DNA from: Macrostomum lignano
Lineage: Eukaryota
Length of the DNA stretch: 64,000 nucleotides
Direction of reading: 5' to 3'
Assembly (NCBI GenBank): GCA_002269645.1
Contig: NIVC01001528.1
Coordinates: forward strand, 1 to 64,000
Under the pieces are notes generated by a model. It ran no database searches, was not told the DNA's origin, and saw only the letters and a list, made by a program, of their open reading frames with translations. This document shows, piece after piece, positions 47,228 through 59,615 of the stretch. A program made the position numbers and the translations under genes. Within the stretch, counting starts at the first letter, position 1; the number at the start of each line of letters is the position of its first letter.

Positions 47228-50200
47228 ATGCAGCTGACGCACCAGAAACTGCTGGCAGCTCTGCTGTCACTTGGCAGCCTGCTGGTATCGGCACAGCTGG
47301 CAGTCAAGTCCGTCAGCTACATCGGCTGCTTCGTTGACCTCAACGACAGCTCCAGGGACTTGACGGGTCTGTCGGGCATCACCCGGATTGGCCCCTTCAG
47401 CCAGATCAACCCCGCGGGGAGCCACCTGTTCCGCTTTGACATGACCATCGGCAGGTGCGTCAGGCTGTGCTCGCTCGGCCGGTTCAGGTACCTCGGCCTG
47501 CAGGCCACCGGCTTCTGCAGCTGCAGTCGGAGCCACGGCTCCCACGGGCCGGCCTCCGAGACCGAATGCAACCGGAACTGCACGGGCCATGCCAGACAAA
47601 TCTGCGGCGGTCTGCTCAGGAATTCGATTTACGAACTGGCTTATGAAGACGGTGAGCGAGCGATCGACTCTGGATTGTTGAGCACAATTAAAAGCGAATC
47701 TTGAACAGCTAATTTCTACCACTAAGGATTAAATTGCTTGCTCCCAGGGACAGTTGGTTCGGAAGACTCTACAATCATGGGCAGCTGTTTAGATTGAAGC
47801 CCCATTGAAACGCACTAAATTTCCTACACTTCAAATTTGTGCTCAGCGAACAATGCTAGGAATTCCCATTGTGAAACAAACACGTCCTGCGACTTTATAA
47901 ATCAATGTTAAATCAAGTGTAAACTTCAAACTGTAAACTATAAAATAAATAGAGTTTAGTATTTGTCAGTGAGAGTCAAAATAAACAATCAATATGGATA
48001 AAATTGTTTTTGACAATCTAAATGATAATTTGGACACTCAACATGAGACACGCATACAGCGAGCTGCAACAACTTGCTGGCAAACTCGTATTGGCCATGG
48101 AGTCCGTGGACAATCTAATCGATGAAAAGCCGTTCTAAATGAGAATTCGGACATTCAAAATAATAAAATGCCATTCTAAGTGATAATTTAAGCTGCCAAA
48201 TGTTTTCAGCAATTTTTTGGATTTTTAACTGATTAACGGAACAAGAACTCAACAAAAAGTCAATCTAGAGTGATTAAAAGGCAGAAGAACTAAAAACAAA
48301 GGATGGCAGCATTGGCAGCTGCAGTACCCTTGCTGCCTCTTTGATGGAGTGCCCCGCGTTAATGGCATCGATCAGGCGACGGCGATCTGCTTCACTTGTT
48401 TGAGGCGGCATTCTGCTGCTGATGTGTGTACGTTTTGCTGCTGCTGCCGGTGCGCGCGATGAGAGAAATTCTCATTTAGAATGGTTGGTTATTCGTAAGT
48501 GAGACTTTAGGATAATAGTCCGGCTCATGAGTGCGCGCAGCGCACGAGTGAGCATAGGACTATTATCCTAAAGTCTCACTTACGAATAGCCGCATTGTCG
48601 AATTTCAGTGGGGCCATAGACAAAAAGGGCATCGAAAGGAGAGAGGGGTTACCGAGGAGAGAGAGACATAAAGACTGAGGTGGTTTACTGGAGTTTGGGC
48701 CATAGACAACGAGGTTGCAAACAGGCTGGGGGTTAAGAGGGTGGAAAGGAAGGAGATGTGGAGAGAAAGAGAGAATAAAACGTAAATAGCTACATTCGCT
48801 TGGCCATGGAGAACCAGACGTCATATCCGATCAACTGGGGCAATCTGCCTGTCGAAAGTTTAGCCAACGTATCTAGCAGCGAACTCAATTGGATCTCAAG
48901 ACTTTCCACATCTCAGAAGGACATGAAGGATAACGAAGACTTTTTGAACTTCTTGCACTTTCTTGAGACCTGGAATCGGCTGGGCATTCGATGAGCGAGA
49001 TCATGGCTATCACGGGTCAAAAGTCCGAGAGCACGGTCCGGCGCTACCTGGCAGTTAAACGGGACAAGTCCCTGCAACAATGCAGCGATGCAGTGTCGCG
49101 TGCGTTGAACATGGGACAAAGCGCCGCGACCCACGGTCAAGTAACAATGCCTGCTGACATCAGCATCCAAAGTTCCATCGTGCAAGAAGCAGTGAGCGTG
49201 TCTGATGGTCGTCAGATGAACGGTCGGAATATCTTTATTATGAACAACTGCACTTTCAACAATTGCAATCTGTAATGGTCTTCGGCACTATGACAATTGC
49301 GCCATATTGATACTGCACAATTAACTTTCCATAGCGCTAATCTTTTGTTGTTGGTGCTTGCTGTTTTGTTCTAAAAATAGGTGTCCATTATCCCGAGTTT
49401 GAAATCATCATCCTGAAGTTTAAGTGAAAAAATAAATAAATGTGCTCACGGTTTAACCATAGACGATTGCATTATCCTAAAGGCTGATTTTTGACAATGG
49501 CTTTTTATCGATTAGATTGTCCACAGACTCTGTCCACGGAGCGAGCTGCCGCAGCCATAGAGCAGCCATAGAGTGTTTCTCGTTTGAATGTCCAAATTAT
49601 CATCTAGATTGTTAAAAACAATGGTGCACCACCCAGAAACTCCTCATATGGGCATCGAATAGAGCAAAACTCGTGCCATGCGCATGTTACGAAACTTTGA
49701 ATTGACCCAGGTGCCTTCCACATCTGGTGACTTTGGTTCAGACCACAGACTAATGTCACATCAAAGCCACGTCAGCCATATCTTCTCTTGGGCTCAGATC
49801 ATAGACTATACTCAAGAAGAACTCTTAGAATTGTTTGCTGAGCCAAGGACCCGCCCTCGGCCTGATAAAAACGCATCCTCGGACTTTCTTTTCCATAGAA
49901 CGATTTATTATCGCGTGTAATACTATACTCATGGTTCAAATCATGGGTTTCAACCATAGACAGTCTCCGCAGACCGCGAAATCGCCACGAAAAGACTGCT
50001 GAAATTACAGTCATTGTCTTTTAATTCTGACAGCGGGCCCCAATTCTGCAGTCGGGCATCTGTGGCGATTTCAGTTCGTATCGTATTTTTGGTAGCCGTT
50101 CTCCACTTCAATTGCAATCCTCTTGGTTACAGAGCAGAATTTAAAAATCCAAGCCATAATAGACTCGAAGCAGCTGCGATTTGCATTTGTCGATCTGTCT

Positions 50201-50796
50201 CACAATGCATTCCTTCGGAGCTTATGTTTTTAACTCTTCTTTTTCTTCTCTTCTCTTGTTTCTCTTATTTACAGTCTCGAAAATTTGTCTATGGTCTGAA
50301 TGTACAGAGAGTACAAAGAATGGACAGACGCTCTGCCCCCACAGCCCCGCTAGCAGCGGTAAATATCTATGGTAAAATATATGGAACCTCCCATTTCTGC
50401 CCACACAGAGGGGTAACATGGGCATGAACAAAAAGTTCTTCAAGTAAACTACTGTATTTCTTAGGATGCATATTGCTGAGAAATTACTTGCAGTTTTATG
50501 GTATCCCGAATTGTCGTCAACAATAAAACAAAGCCTCTGGTATTTCAGCAACTGGCGGCTTCAAGACGCTGCCAGCAGCATCGCAGCCTCTGGTGTCTGA
50601 CCCAGGATTCAGTGTCAGCACTCACTGGAGTCTGCCCGCCTCCGTGTCGCTCGAGTGCCTCGCCGCCTGCCACCGCAGCTCGGACTGCCTCGCCTGCGCC
50701 TTCGTGCAGTCCAGCCGGATGTGCCGCCTCATGAGATTCGCCGCTGTGCCCAGCGAGGTCGCCAGCGAGGCCCAGTGGGTCTGGGTGAAGCTGTGA
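47228..50796 (+). CDS. Secreted WSC + PAN/apple-like protein, copy 5, 223 aa; join(47228..47651,50549..50796)
   Basis: Signal peptide MQLTHQKLLAALLSLGSLLVSA; WSC cysteines intact. g|gtgagc donor and tatttcag acceptor are phase-1 compatible and open the frame into the PAN exon; the intron is 2897 bp. Confidence 0.78.
48005..49620 (+). mobile_element. Crypton-like (DUF3504 tyrosine recombinase) relic within nested inverted repeats, inside the copy-5 intron
   Basis: SAGHSMSEIMAITGQKSESTVRRY (48976-) matches the YR box-II pattern (GH changed to GQ, Tyr kept) and ends in NNCTFNNCNL. Outer IR arms 48005-48134 / 49496-49620; inner IR 48130-48147 / 48467-48484. Confidence 0.65.
48490..48588. repeat. 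99-bp near-perfect hairpin (32-bp perfect arms)
   Basis: tattcgtaagtgagactttaggataatagtcc (48490-48521) is the exact reverse complement of 48557-48588. The loop also pairs (gctca/tgagc, gtgcgc/gcgcac). Confidence 0.95.
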
Positions 50797-51135
50797 TCCT
50801 TGACTGAGCCGTCATTTAACAAAAATTCCCAAATTAATTCACTGTTCTGCAATAGAATTAAACCCGTGCCAGTGCCCTGATGGGGAAAATTGTCACAATT
50901 AGCGCATGTAAGTGTGGCTACTACGAGTAGCAGAGAAGCGTAAAACTTCGATTTTTTGCACCAAACGAGCTATAAAATTGGAATCGGTTCGAAAATCTTT
51001 TATAGAAACAAAAAACTACAGTTGATCCACTCAAGCACGGGAGCTCAGTGTCTCGGTTTTTATGTTCCCATAAAATTAAAGTTCTCATCGGATTAGCTAC
51101 GGAGGAAGGCACAAATGCGTCTCTTCTATTTTACA

Positions 51136-51150
51136 GTTGCTATTAGCAAC
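51136..51150. promoter_or_regulatory. X-box-like palindrome (GTTGCTATTAGCAAC) upstream of copy 6; TATA (tatataa) at 51483-51489
   Basis: Fits GTNRCN-N3-RGYAAC, ~400 bp before the ATG. Confidence 0.45.
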
Positions 51151-51552
51151 TGAAAATCTGTATAAAAAGACAAAAGATGCAGGCGCTCCTGCCAGTCTCG
51201 TACGGTGGTAACAATGGCAAGCCATGCATCCGGGGCTCTTTTTGTTGAGTAGCAGTGAAACATGGATCGTGTGACTTCAATGCAGGAAAAATCTGCAGAA
51301 ATATTCAATCGGAGTGCGAATCGATATCCGGTGCGCTAAACGGCTCAAGCCATTATTGCAGAGCACGTCTGACACAATGAGGCCGCCATCAATGGCTACA
51401 GGTGGAACCGGAGACCGGAAAGGCTGCAGTTTCAGCCTATTGCGGTTGTGGATTCCCTCAGACTCTCAGGGGTTCGGTTGACTATATAAGTAACTCCTGA
51501 CAGCCCTCAACTCGGAGCAGCTCGCCCACTGGCCCCGGGCCCAGGCTCCAGG

Positions 51553-52650
51553 ATGTTGCCTCTCTTGCTGCTCCTAGTACCAGCAGCCCTGAGCACAATG
51601 GTGAATGCTCAAGCAACAATTAGCCACTCAAACTATATCGGTTGCTATGTGGACGGGGACGACACCAGCCGAGACTTGACCGGCATGGCGCCGTTTTCCA
51701 CCTTCGCGTCCACGAGCGTCGGGTCCGGCATTCTGTACAGGCCGGACATGACCGTGTCCATGTGCGGCAGGATTTGCGCTCTTGGCAGATTTCGCTACTT
51801 CGCTCTACAGGCCACCGCCTTTTGCAGCTGCGATTCAACCTACGGCAGCCACGGATCCGCAGCCGAAGCCGACTGCTACCAGGACTGCGCTGGCAACGCG
51901 TCGGAGAAGTGTGGTGGACCCTACAGGAATTCCATCTACGAGAATGTCTACCAGCCTGGTACGAGCCCGCGTCTAGGAGGCTTTAAAGCCTTCTTTAAAG
52001 AAAACTAAAGCCTTAGCTGTTCTTTGTTGCGTAGCCACCTGAATAGCTAAAATCCCTCTGGGAAATCTTGAGAGGTCTAACTATGGCTGAAGAACTAAGT
52101 TCCATGAATATATTCAGAACAGAGTCGTGAACAAGGACTACATGTACTAAAGTAGAAGGACGCAACACTCGAAGTTCAGAAGCTCAGTGTCGTCTATGTT
52201 AGCCAAAGCTTAGGGACGACTGGTCATGTACTCTGGAGGCAGTGCAAGACTGCGAAATACCGGTACGAGCACAGAAGAGACTCTAGATGATGCGCGAACG
52301 TATCGTATTTGTAGAAAGAGCCTTTTTATTTAAGACTAGAACGCCATGGTTAAAAGGTCCTCACTCCCCTACCCCGCAATTCTTCACTTACAGTCGGTTC
52401 AAAGTTCACCAAGGCCGCCTCGAGCTCCAACAGCATCGTGAAAAACGCGGGCCAGTCAATCCTGACCCACTGGAACGACACCTCGCCATCAGCCAACAGC
52501 CAAATTAAATGTGCGGCCACCTGCCAGCGCAACCCAACCTGCCTCGGCTACACCTTCGGGCAGTCCAGCCGAATCTGCTGGTTGACGACCTTCGCCTTGG
52601 CGCCCCCGATCGTCGCTGGCGAGTCGGCCTGGATCTGGATGAGGAACTGA
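51553..52650 (+). CDS. Secreted WSC + PAN/apple-like protein, copy 6 (most divergent PAN), 220 aa; join(51553..51958,52394..52650)
   Basis: Signal peptide; YIGCYVDGDD...VSMCGRIC...RYFALQ...CSCDS...CYQDCAGN..EKCGG..RNSIY; 435-bp phase-1 intron; KCAATCQRNPTCLGYTF...ICWL. Confidence 0.88.
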
Positions 52651-54555
52651 AGCTGGAAACCAGCAACTTCAAGCGAAGCGATCACTCGACTGCGACACAG
52701 ACAAGTTTTTGAATAGCAACGCAATGAGCAAAAATAAACAAAAATATTTTTTCTTGCAACCTACTTTTTATGCATTCTGGAGTTCTCTTTTCTTAGAAAG
52801 ACTTTCTCAAAACGAAAAAAACCTACTAAAACTACCAGAGCCACAAATAAAAAAAACGGTGACTCATCGATCCATAACTTGACGTTTCGAACGTTACAAC
52901 AACAAAAAAAAAATACGCAACTCAGAAAAGTAAAGTCATGCTGTCAACGTGCGTCAAATAGAGAGCCGCAACGCGGTGTCGGGCGCCCCGGCGTTGCACA
53001 GCAGGAAGTCCACATGTATCGAAAGGTTCGCCTGGCCCTCCTAAATGGGCCCCGTGAAGTATATAAGCAGCAGGATGGGCAGCAGCTCTCGGTCCGGATC
53101 TCGTGGCCCGCCGGCGCAGGATGGTGGACGGGCGTGGTAGCTGGGCCCTCAGGCGCAGGTCTTGGTCCCGACTCTCTCGTCAGCTCGAAAGGCGGCACGG
53201 AGCAGCTCCGAGCGCGCTGAGTCCAGCTGCCGTTCCAGAGTGGCCATCGGCGTTCACGTCTCGGCGTTGTACAGCAGGACGGTTTCTACCACCGTTTGTC
53301 ACAGCCGTCGAGCCCTCTGGCAGTCGGGCAGAGCATCGGACTGAAGGACAGCCCGGATGGATGGGTACCCTGCCAGGGGCGAGCCCTTAAGTCTAGAACG
53401 TACGAAAAGGTTGTTATGAAGTCGTTACGTCGTTACCACGTTACGAAAAAGTCGTGTATCGAAACTTTTAGACGTTTCCTACGGCTGTTTGTTCCATTTA
53501 GTGTTAGCTTTCCAGCCCTTTGGAAAACGGTCTCGACCACCACCGAAAAAATTCATTGTATTTCAGTCACTTAGGGTCACACGGACTTTCACGCACAATG
53601 GCCCCGTGCGCTGCCGTAGATCGCCGTAAACATCGGAGACCAGCTAGACCAGCGAGGCACATGAACCGCTGACATCGTAGAAGTTCAGTCACGATGGTTT
53701 CCTGGATGCTGACAATTAGGCCAACGCATATACAGCAGCAGACTTAACCCCAACCGAAGTCGTTTTAGAAAGTTTTTTAAAATCCTTAGAAATGACCCAA
53801 AACAGTAAATTTGAGCTCCGATAAGCATCTAATTTACGGGGACCCAAGCGCAAAGACTTCTAAAAGTTTAAAACGACCTTCTATTGATATCCCTGGAAGA
53901 ACCTTGAAGCTTTTTTCGAAAAAGCATTCGCTGCGGTTGATTGAAAAAAATTGCTTTTGTTCTGAAACTCCATTTTTCAAGCAGAAATTTGCTATAAAAA
54001 AGTCAATAGGCTCAGTAAACGGTGCAACCAACAACGGAAGTAGGGAGCCGGTACATTAGTTTCATTTTTTTCTACTAACAACCTCTGCTGTCTGCACCCA
54101 ACTATGGGATTGATGTTGGTCGTATCGGCTATAGGGAGGCGCAGAGCTGGGGAACTCGGCAGCCCGGCCCTTCAGTTGCTGTAGGGCGCTGTTGAGGCGC
54201 TGCCAGATTACAAGCACGAGCGTATTACCCAATCAGCAGAGACTAGAAATCCCTAAATTCTCCTCTTAACAAAAGACTTGAAAAATGCTTATGCTCGTAA
54301 GTTCTGGCTTAGCCTTTAGAACAGGCGGGAAAGGCAGGCAACAGCAGCCTGAGGCGTCAGCGCAGGGTAAGCGTCCTTAGTACTCAACACACGCGCTACA
54401 TGTACCCATAGCATGTGCATTGTGCATTTACATGTAATTTATGATGGCAAACACTCCGCACTGCAGTTAGTATGTGCGTTAAATGAAGCACGTCTTTTGA
54501 AGGAGTTATTGTTGGAGTTGAAATACAAAAAAATCAGGAAGACCGAATATAATGC

Positions 54556-56485
54556 TGAAGTACTTATGGTTGTCTCGGGGTTGTCTCGAGGTGGCCTGGT
54601 AGGTCTTTGAATCACACCGCTGCCACCAATGAAGTACTTATGGTTGTCTTGGGGTTGTCTCGCACAGTGATTTGGGCTCTCCGTCTTCTCAACCGGAAGC
54701 CTTCTATTAGCTCTTAGTAGCGTAGGTATAGTGCTGCCACCAGTTCCTTCACGTCTCGGCCTTCGATGAGGTGAGCTTCCCGTCGGAACGAAATAACGAA
54801 GTCAACGAACACAGCACCGGGTGCAGATTTGCAGCTCAACGTATCAAGCGTCTCGTCAGCAGCACCTGCCGGGCTTGGTTGGTACAGGGAGGGCTGAGTT
54901 AGCCTCTCGTAGGCTTGGGGTTTGCTTTAGTAGGGTTTCAGACAGACCAATAGCAGAGAACTCAAAGTACGCAGACGTGCGGTCAGTACAGACACTCGGG
55001 CTCGGAAGCTTAGAACTCGAGAAACAAGAAACTCAGTCAGAAAACTGGAAGCTCCTTGACGGAAACAAGGGGGTGTCCTATTTATAGCCGGGATTCTCCC
55101 GCGCACAAGACCTCGTGACTTGTTCTATTTTTCAAACTGACGTCACTTGAGGTCTCGAGGCAGGGTCCTAGCGCACGCAAGACCTCGTGACTCGTTCTAT
55201 TTTTAGAACTGACGTCACTTGAGGTCTCCGGCCAGAGTACACGCAGCTGTGACTCAGTTGCTATTTTTAGCAACATGAGTCACTCCTCTCCTTAGAGAAG
55301 GGAGGGGTCCGAAAGCACGTGATTCTCCCGGTAAACAGGACCAGCGAGTGCAGTAAACATGTTGTCATGAATGTGTTATGACAGTGTGCTCTTTGCTAAG
55401 TTGCTGCACCGGGCCAGTGGGCCGTCCTCTCCCCCCCCCCTCGTTAGATATTTTCTGACTCACCCACCTGCACTTCTGCGCGTGCGTACCCCTCCCCTCC
55501 CTGCCTAGACCTTTTCTGTTGAGTCAACCCCCCATGCTCTGCGTGCGACCCCCCCCCCTGTGCGACCCCGCCCCATTATTTTGTTAGCTTTGCTGCCCCG
55601 CCCCTGTTTGTGATTGGCTGCCAGTCCCAGTCTGCCGTGCTACGCCCCGGCGATTGGCTGGTACAGCTCATGCGTTGCCTTGGCTGATGTCTAAGCCCCC
55701 TTTTCTGCCTTTATCCCGCGCCCTCAACCCCCAGTTTGCTGCCTATTTATTCAGAGCCCCTTGAGACCCCATTCTCGTCGTCTTCGTGGCTCCTCGGCGA
55801 TTGTACCAGCGTTGGTTGCTGAATTGCTATTCCTCGCAGAATTGCTAGACAAATATATAAGTAAAGAATATCGAGATCACCACTGCTCTGACGGCGCTGT
55901 TTCTTGTACGACTGAAATCGCGGCTGGTAAGCCTTCCAATTTGCACGTCATTTGGGTCTGCCTCTGTACTAGGCACCTTAGAGGGATTAAGTGCGTCGTA
56001 CGCCGGTCCCACCCCAAGCAGCTCTGCGTCGTACGCGAGTCTGTAGGCTGTCGTGCGTCGTACGCTCGAGCAGCCTAGTCCCGACGGACACCGCGTCGTA
56101 CGCGTGTCAGTGGAGGACCGTAGCCAGGGTCAGTACACGAACCCGGGTCTGGGAAAGGGGCACGAAAGGACCGAGCCCTTGAGCCCCATCATCACAATGT
56201 TTACTGCACTTTAAGACTCCAAGAACGCAAGATCTGTCATGTGACTTGCTCACAAGACAGAGGAAAACGGGACGGGAACGAAACAAAGACAGCCCACAGC
56301 AGAGAAGCTGAGGGCTGAGAACAGCAGCACAGAAAACGAACAGCAAAGGGGGAGAGGGTGGCAAGCAGACAGACAAAGGGAGGCGGGAAGCTGACCAGCG
56401 GCAGACAGCAACCCGGGGAAGGCGCGGGCAAGGGAGGCTGCTGACAAAGTGTGACGCCTAACACTAAAACTAGCGGCTCACTGCA
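54556..56485 (-). mobile_element. Internally deleted LTR retrotransposon: ~1.86-kb 5' LTR (56485-54630), PBS, and last 33 bp of the 3' LTR
   Basis: TG...CA termini (TGCAGT / TGAAGT) with the 4-bp TSD atgc at 54552-54555 and 56486-56489. A 33-bp LTR-end sequence is duplicated at 54556 and 54630. TATAAATA on the minus strand at 55079-55086. Confidence 0.75.
54611..54628 (-). other. Primer-binding site complementary to the tRNA-Leu 3' end
   Basis: The plus strand atcacaccgctgccacca matches the recalled tRNA-Leu(AAG/UAG) 3' end ATCCCACCGCTGCCA+CCA at 17/18 positions, 1 nt from the LTR-terminal CA. Confidence 0.75.
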
Positions 56486-57096
56486 ATGCTAATTAATGCT
56501 CTCACAAACTACTGAAAGTAAGACTTAAGAACGGACCACGCCAAGGAGGGCTTTGGGTCTCCCTCGCTCGTTTTTCTAAGCAGAAGTCACGGCATCACAG
56601 TGAAAACCATGGGTAGAGCCGTAATGTCCTTTGTCCACAGCCGGTGCAGAAGGCGCTGCTTCTGACTCTGCGGGCCGACTCCGGCACCCTGTTTGACGCT
56701 GTTTATTATTTACGAAGCAAACGAAAAGAGCAACCACATGTAGAGACTTGTTTGTCACCAAATTTCTCAATATTACTCGTATATTTTTCAATGATTTTCA
56801 ATGCAAAAATATTGAATAATCTTTGCTGGAAATCCATCTTGGCGTTGATGATGCAACAGAAAATAACTCTGATCAGAGAAAGTCACAGCAGAGCAAGCAA
56901 ACCGGAAATCAGCCGCCAGTAAGTTAATCAAAGCTCAAAGCTAATCATTTCCAGCATCAAACTTCAGTTTAGAAGTGCCTTTATTAACTTTAACAGAACA
57001 GAGAATTAAGAGGAGTAGGCTAAAAAATACAAAGATTTTAATCAAGGAGGGGCTCTGCTGTTACGGACTGCTCAAGTTCAACTCATCGCTCACTGA

Positions 57097-57851
57097 TCAC
57101 AGCTTCACCCAGACCCACTGGGCCTCACTGGCGACCTCGCTGGGCACAGCGGCGAATCTCATGAGGCGGCACATCCGGCTGGACTGCACGAAGGCGCAGG
57201 CGAGGCAGTCCGGGCTGCGGTGGCAGGCGGCGAGGCACTCGAAGGCCACCGTGGCCTCCTGGCTCCAGTAAACCCTCCGGACCAGCATTTCGGGCACGGT
57301 GATCAGAGCGATTTTGGTTGAAGCCATCGACTTGTAGGACCCATTGGCTGGAGTTTAACGAATAAATAAACCTTATTTTAAACAAAAACATTGTCAACAG
57401 CCACATCGCTGAACTCACCTGTTGTGTAGATGTTTTCATGCAAACTGATTTTTTTGGTCCCACCGCAGGACTGTGAGTTGTTTCCGGCGCACTTCTTAAC
57501 ATCACAGCCTCCACCGTTGCACGGCGGAATACGCTGCACAGTCGACCCGCAGACGCACTCGCTCCCATCGCGCAGACCGAAGTAACGAAATCTGCCCATG
57601 GCGCAGGCGCCACTGCAGAACTCGACGGTCATGTCGTCTCTGTCAAGGACGCCTCTAACAAAATCAACATCATAGGCACCAAGAATTGCCACACCCGTCA
57701 GCCCGTTCAAGTCCCCATGCGAGCTGTTACCGGAAGTGTCCAGGCAGCAGTCCACGTGGTTAATGAATTGCACAATGGGCTGCCCGAACACCGAGGCAGC
57801 TGTCAAGAGTCCAACAGCCGAAGTGAGCGAGATGAAGGCCGATGGCGACAT
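57097..57851 (-). CDS. Secreted WSC + PAN/apple-like protein, copy 7 (divergent WSC), 227 aa; complement(join(57097..57347,57419..57851))
   Basis: Signal peptide MSPSAFISLTSAVGLLTAASVFG; VEFCSGAC...RYFGL...CVCGS...C..KKCAGNNSQSCGG; 71-bp phase-1 intron; PAN exon near-identical to the other copies in its 3' half. Confidence 0.87.
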
Positions 57852-57978
57852 TTCTGTCGCAGTTTAGCAGCGAGAGGGGAATTTCACGGAGAACATCTGG
57901 CCTGGCCGCTTAAATGCAGTTGATGCTGAATTTGCAGCTCTTTTACTTTATTGGTTGCCAGGCCCCGATGCTGAAATG

Positions 57979-57992
57979 GTTGCTATGGAAAC
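57979..57992. promoter_or_regulatory. RFX X-box (GTTGCTATGGAAAC) upstream of copy 7
   Basis: Classic 14-bp X-box ~130 bp before the ATG, in upstream DNA not homologous to copies 1/3/8. Confidence 0.6.
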
Positions 57993-58765
57993 GATGCCGC
58001 TGTGCGTACAAGCCAGGCCCGTATGAGATATTTGCATAATCGAAATCAAGTCCCAAGTTTCGGCCTTGATGAAATATGGGAGACTTTTAAGTGGTGACAG
58101 CGCCGGTGTGTGAATGCTTTATGAGTTGCCACTCATTTTCTTGCGAGCGTGATCAATACTTGACTTCAATCTCTCACTCTCACACAGTCACTGACGTAAA
58201 AAATCGTGTGAACGTGCGTGATTTCGGACATTTTACGAGCTACACTGTACTTACAAGTCAGTGTCCCTCAGTAATGTCCCTCAGTAATACTTTTCAACTA
58301 TAATATTCAACCATCGCTATGAGCCTTGATAATTATCTTTGCAAAGAAAAAAAACCAGAATAAAAACTTCATGCCTTGTTGGGCGGTTACAGCGGAAAGT
58401 TTCGCAAACTGTCTTGTCACACAACCATGCTCTCCACGAAGTGACAGTCGTTGTTCCGACAGGAGTCACAAGATGCTCAGCTTCCTACCAACAAGCATCA
58501 TTCACATGTGTTCAAAGGGAAGCAGAGCGGAGCTGCAACAGGAAGTGAAGACTGCCTTCGGTTTGGATCGATCACAGTTTATCACGTCTCCACAACTTTT
58601 GTTAAAGCATCAGTTGCAGTGTTCCATTCTCAGTGAGCACTCAGCACCGGGCATGATCCGGTCTTGGAGCCGCTGCTTCGGAAGACAAAAGTTTGCAGCT
58701 GCAGGACGCGCGGCTTCCTCTTGGCTTGGCTCAGTTTATCACCTGGCATATCAGCAGGCAAGTGC

Positions 58766-58890
58766 AATATCAGCAATCATGAATGCAATATCAGCAATCA
58801 AGAATGAAATATCAGCAATCATGAATGCAATATCAGCAATCATGAATGCAATATCAGCAATCATGAATGCAACGTCAGCAAATATGAATG
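58766..58890. repeat. 21-bp minisatellite (gcaatatcagcaatcatgaat), ~6 copies
   Basis: Direct tandem repetition. Confidence 0.88.
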
Positions 58891-59615
58891 CAATATCCCT
58901 CAAGTTTTTAGTTCTTAGGCCGAAAACACAGACAAAGATCTGCAATGCCGCCGTGAAAACTCTTTGTTCCGTCATTCTACTTTTTAGTGTTTCTGTGCTC
59001 GAAGCTCCCTACTGGGGCCTCGCTCAAGCAGAAGCTGTGAAACAATTTGGGAAAGCAGCACCACATATCTGCTTTTAGCTCGTATTTAAAATATTGAGGC
59101 ACTTTCGAGTTGATCTTATGATATGGTGAAGTACTGTATCTGATATATGCCTCGGTAATTCTCGTATAAATTAAAACGAAATTGCTCTGATTACACCTTA
59201 CTACTGTTTCAGTAGCATAAGTCAGTTTTAGATGCAAAAACTAGACGGCGAGTTGGATTTTCATTATTCACCAATTCTAACTATAAGCTACTTATTACGA
59301 GCTACTAAAATGTTAATCAACACAGCATCGGAGTTACGAGTAGCCAATGCATTTTTTGCCAAAAGGTCAAACTCGTACTAATCATGAAGTCTCTACATGC
59401 ATTGTATTTGTTATATAGCTCGCACAGGCATTGAAGCAGAGAATGTAATCTATAAACTGGCTCATACCAAAGCAGAGAGGCAATAAATATAGTTCAGAAA
59501 ATATTGTCAATATTGTCAATATTTCATCGGATGTTGCGCCAAAGAGCAGCTACCGGTGTGCAGAGGCTTCATGCCTAGAGAATCTACCAAATGATCAGCG
59601 ACAGACCATCGCAGG

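Noticed and set aside
52879-53390. GC-rich stretch vaguely like the 3' end of an RTE-type LINE ORF
   Set aside because: Resemblance too weak; no RT motif or tail.
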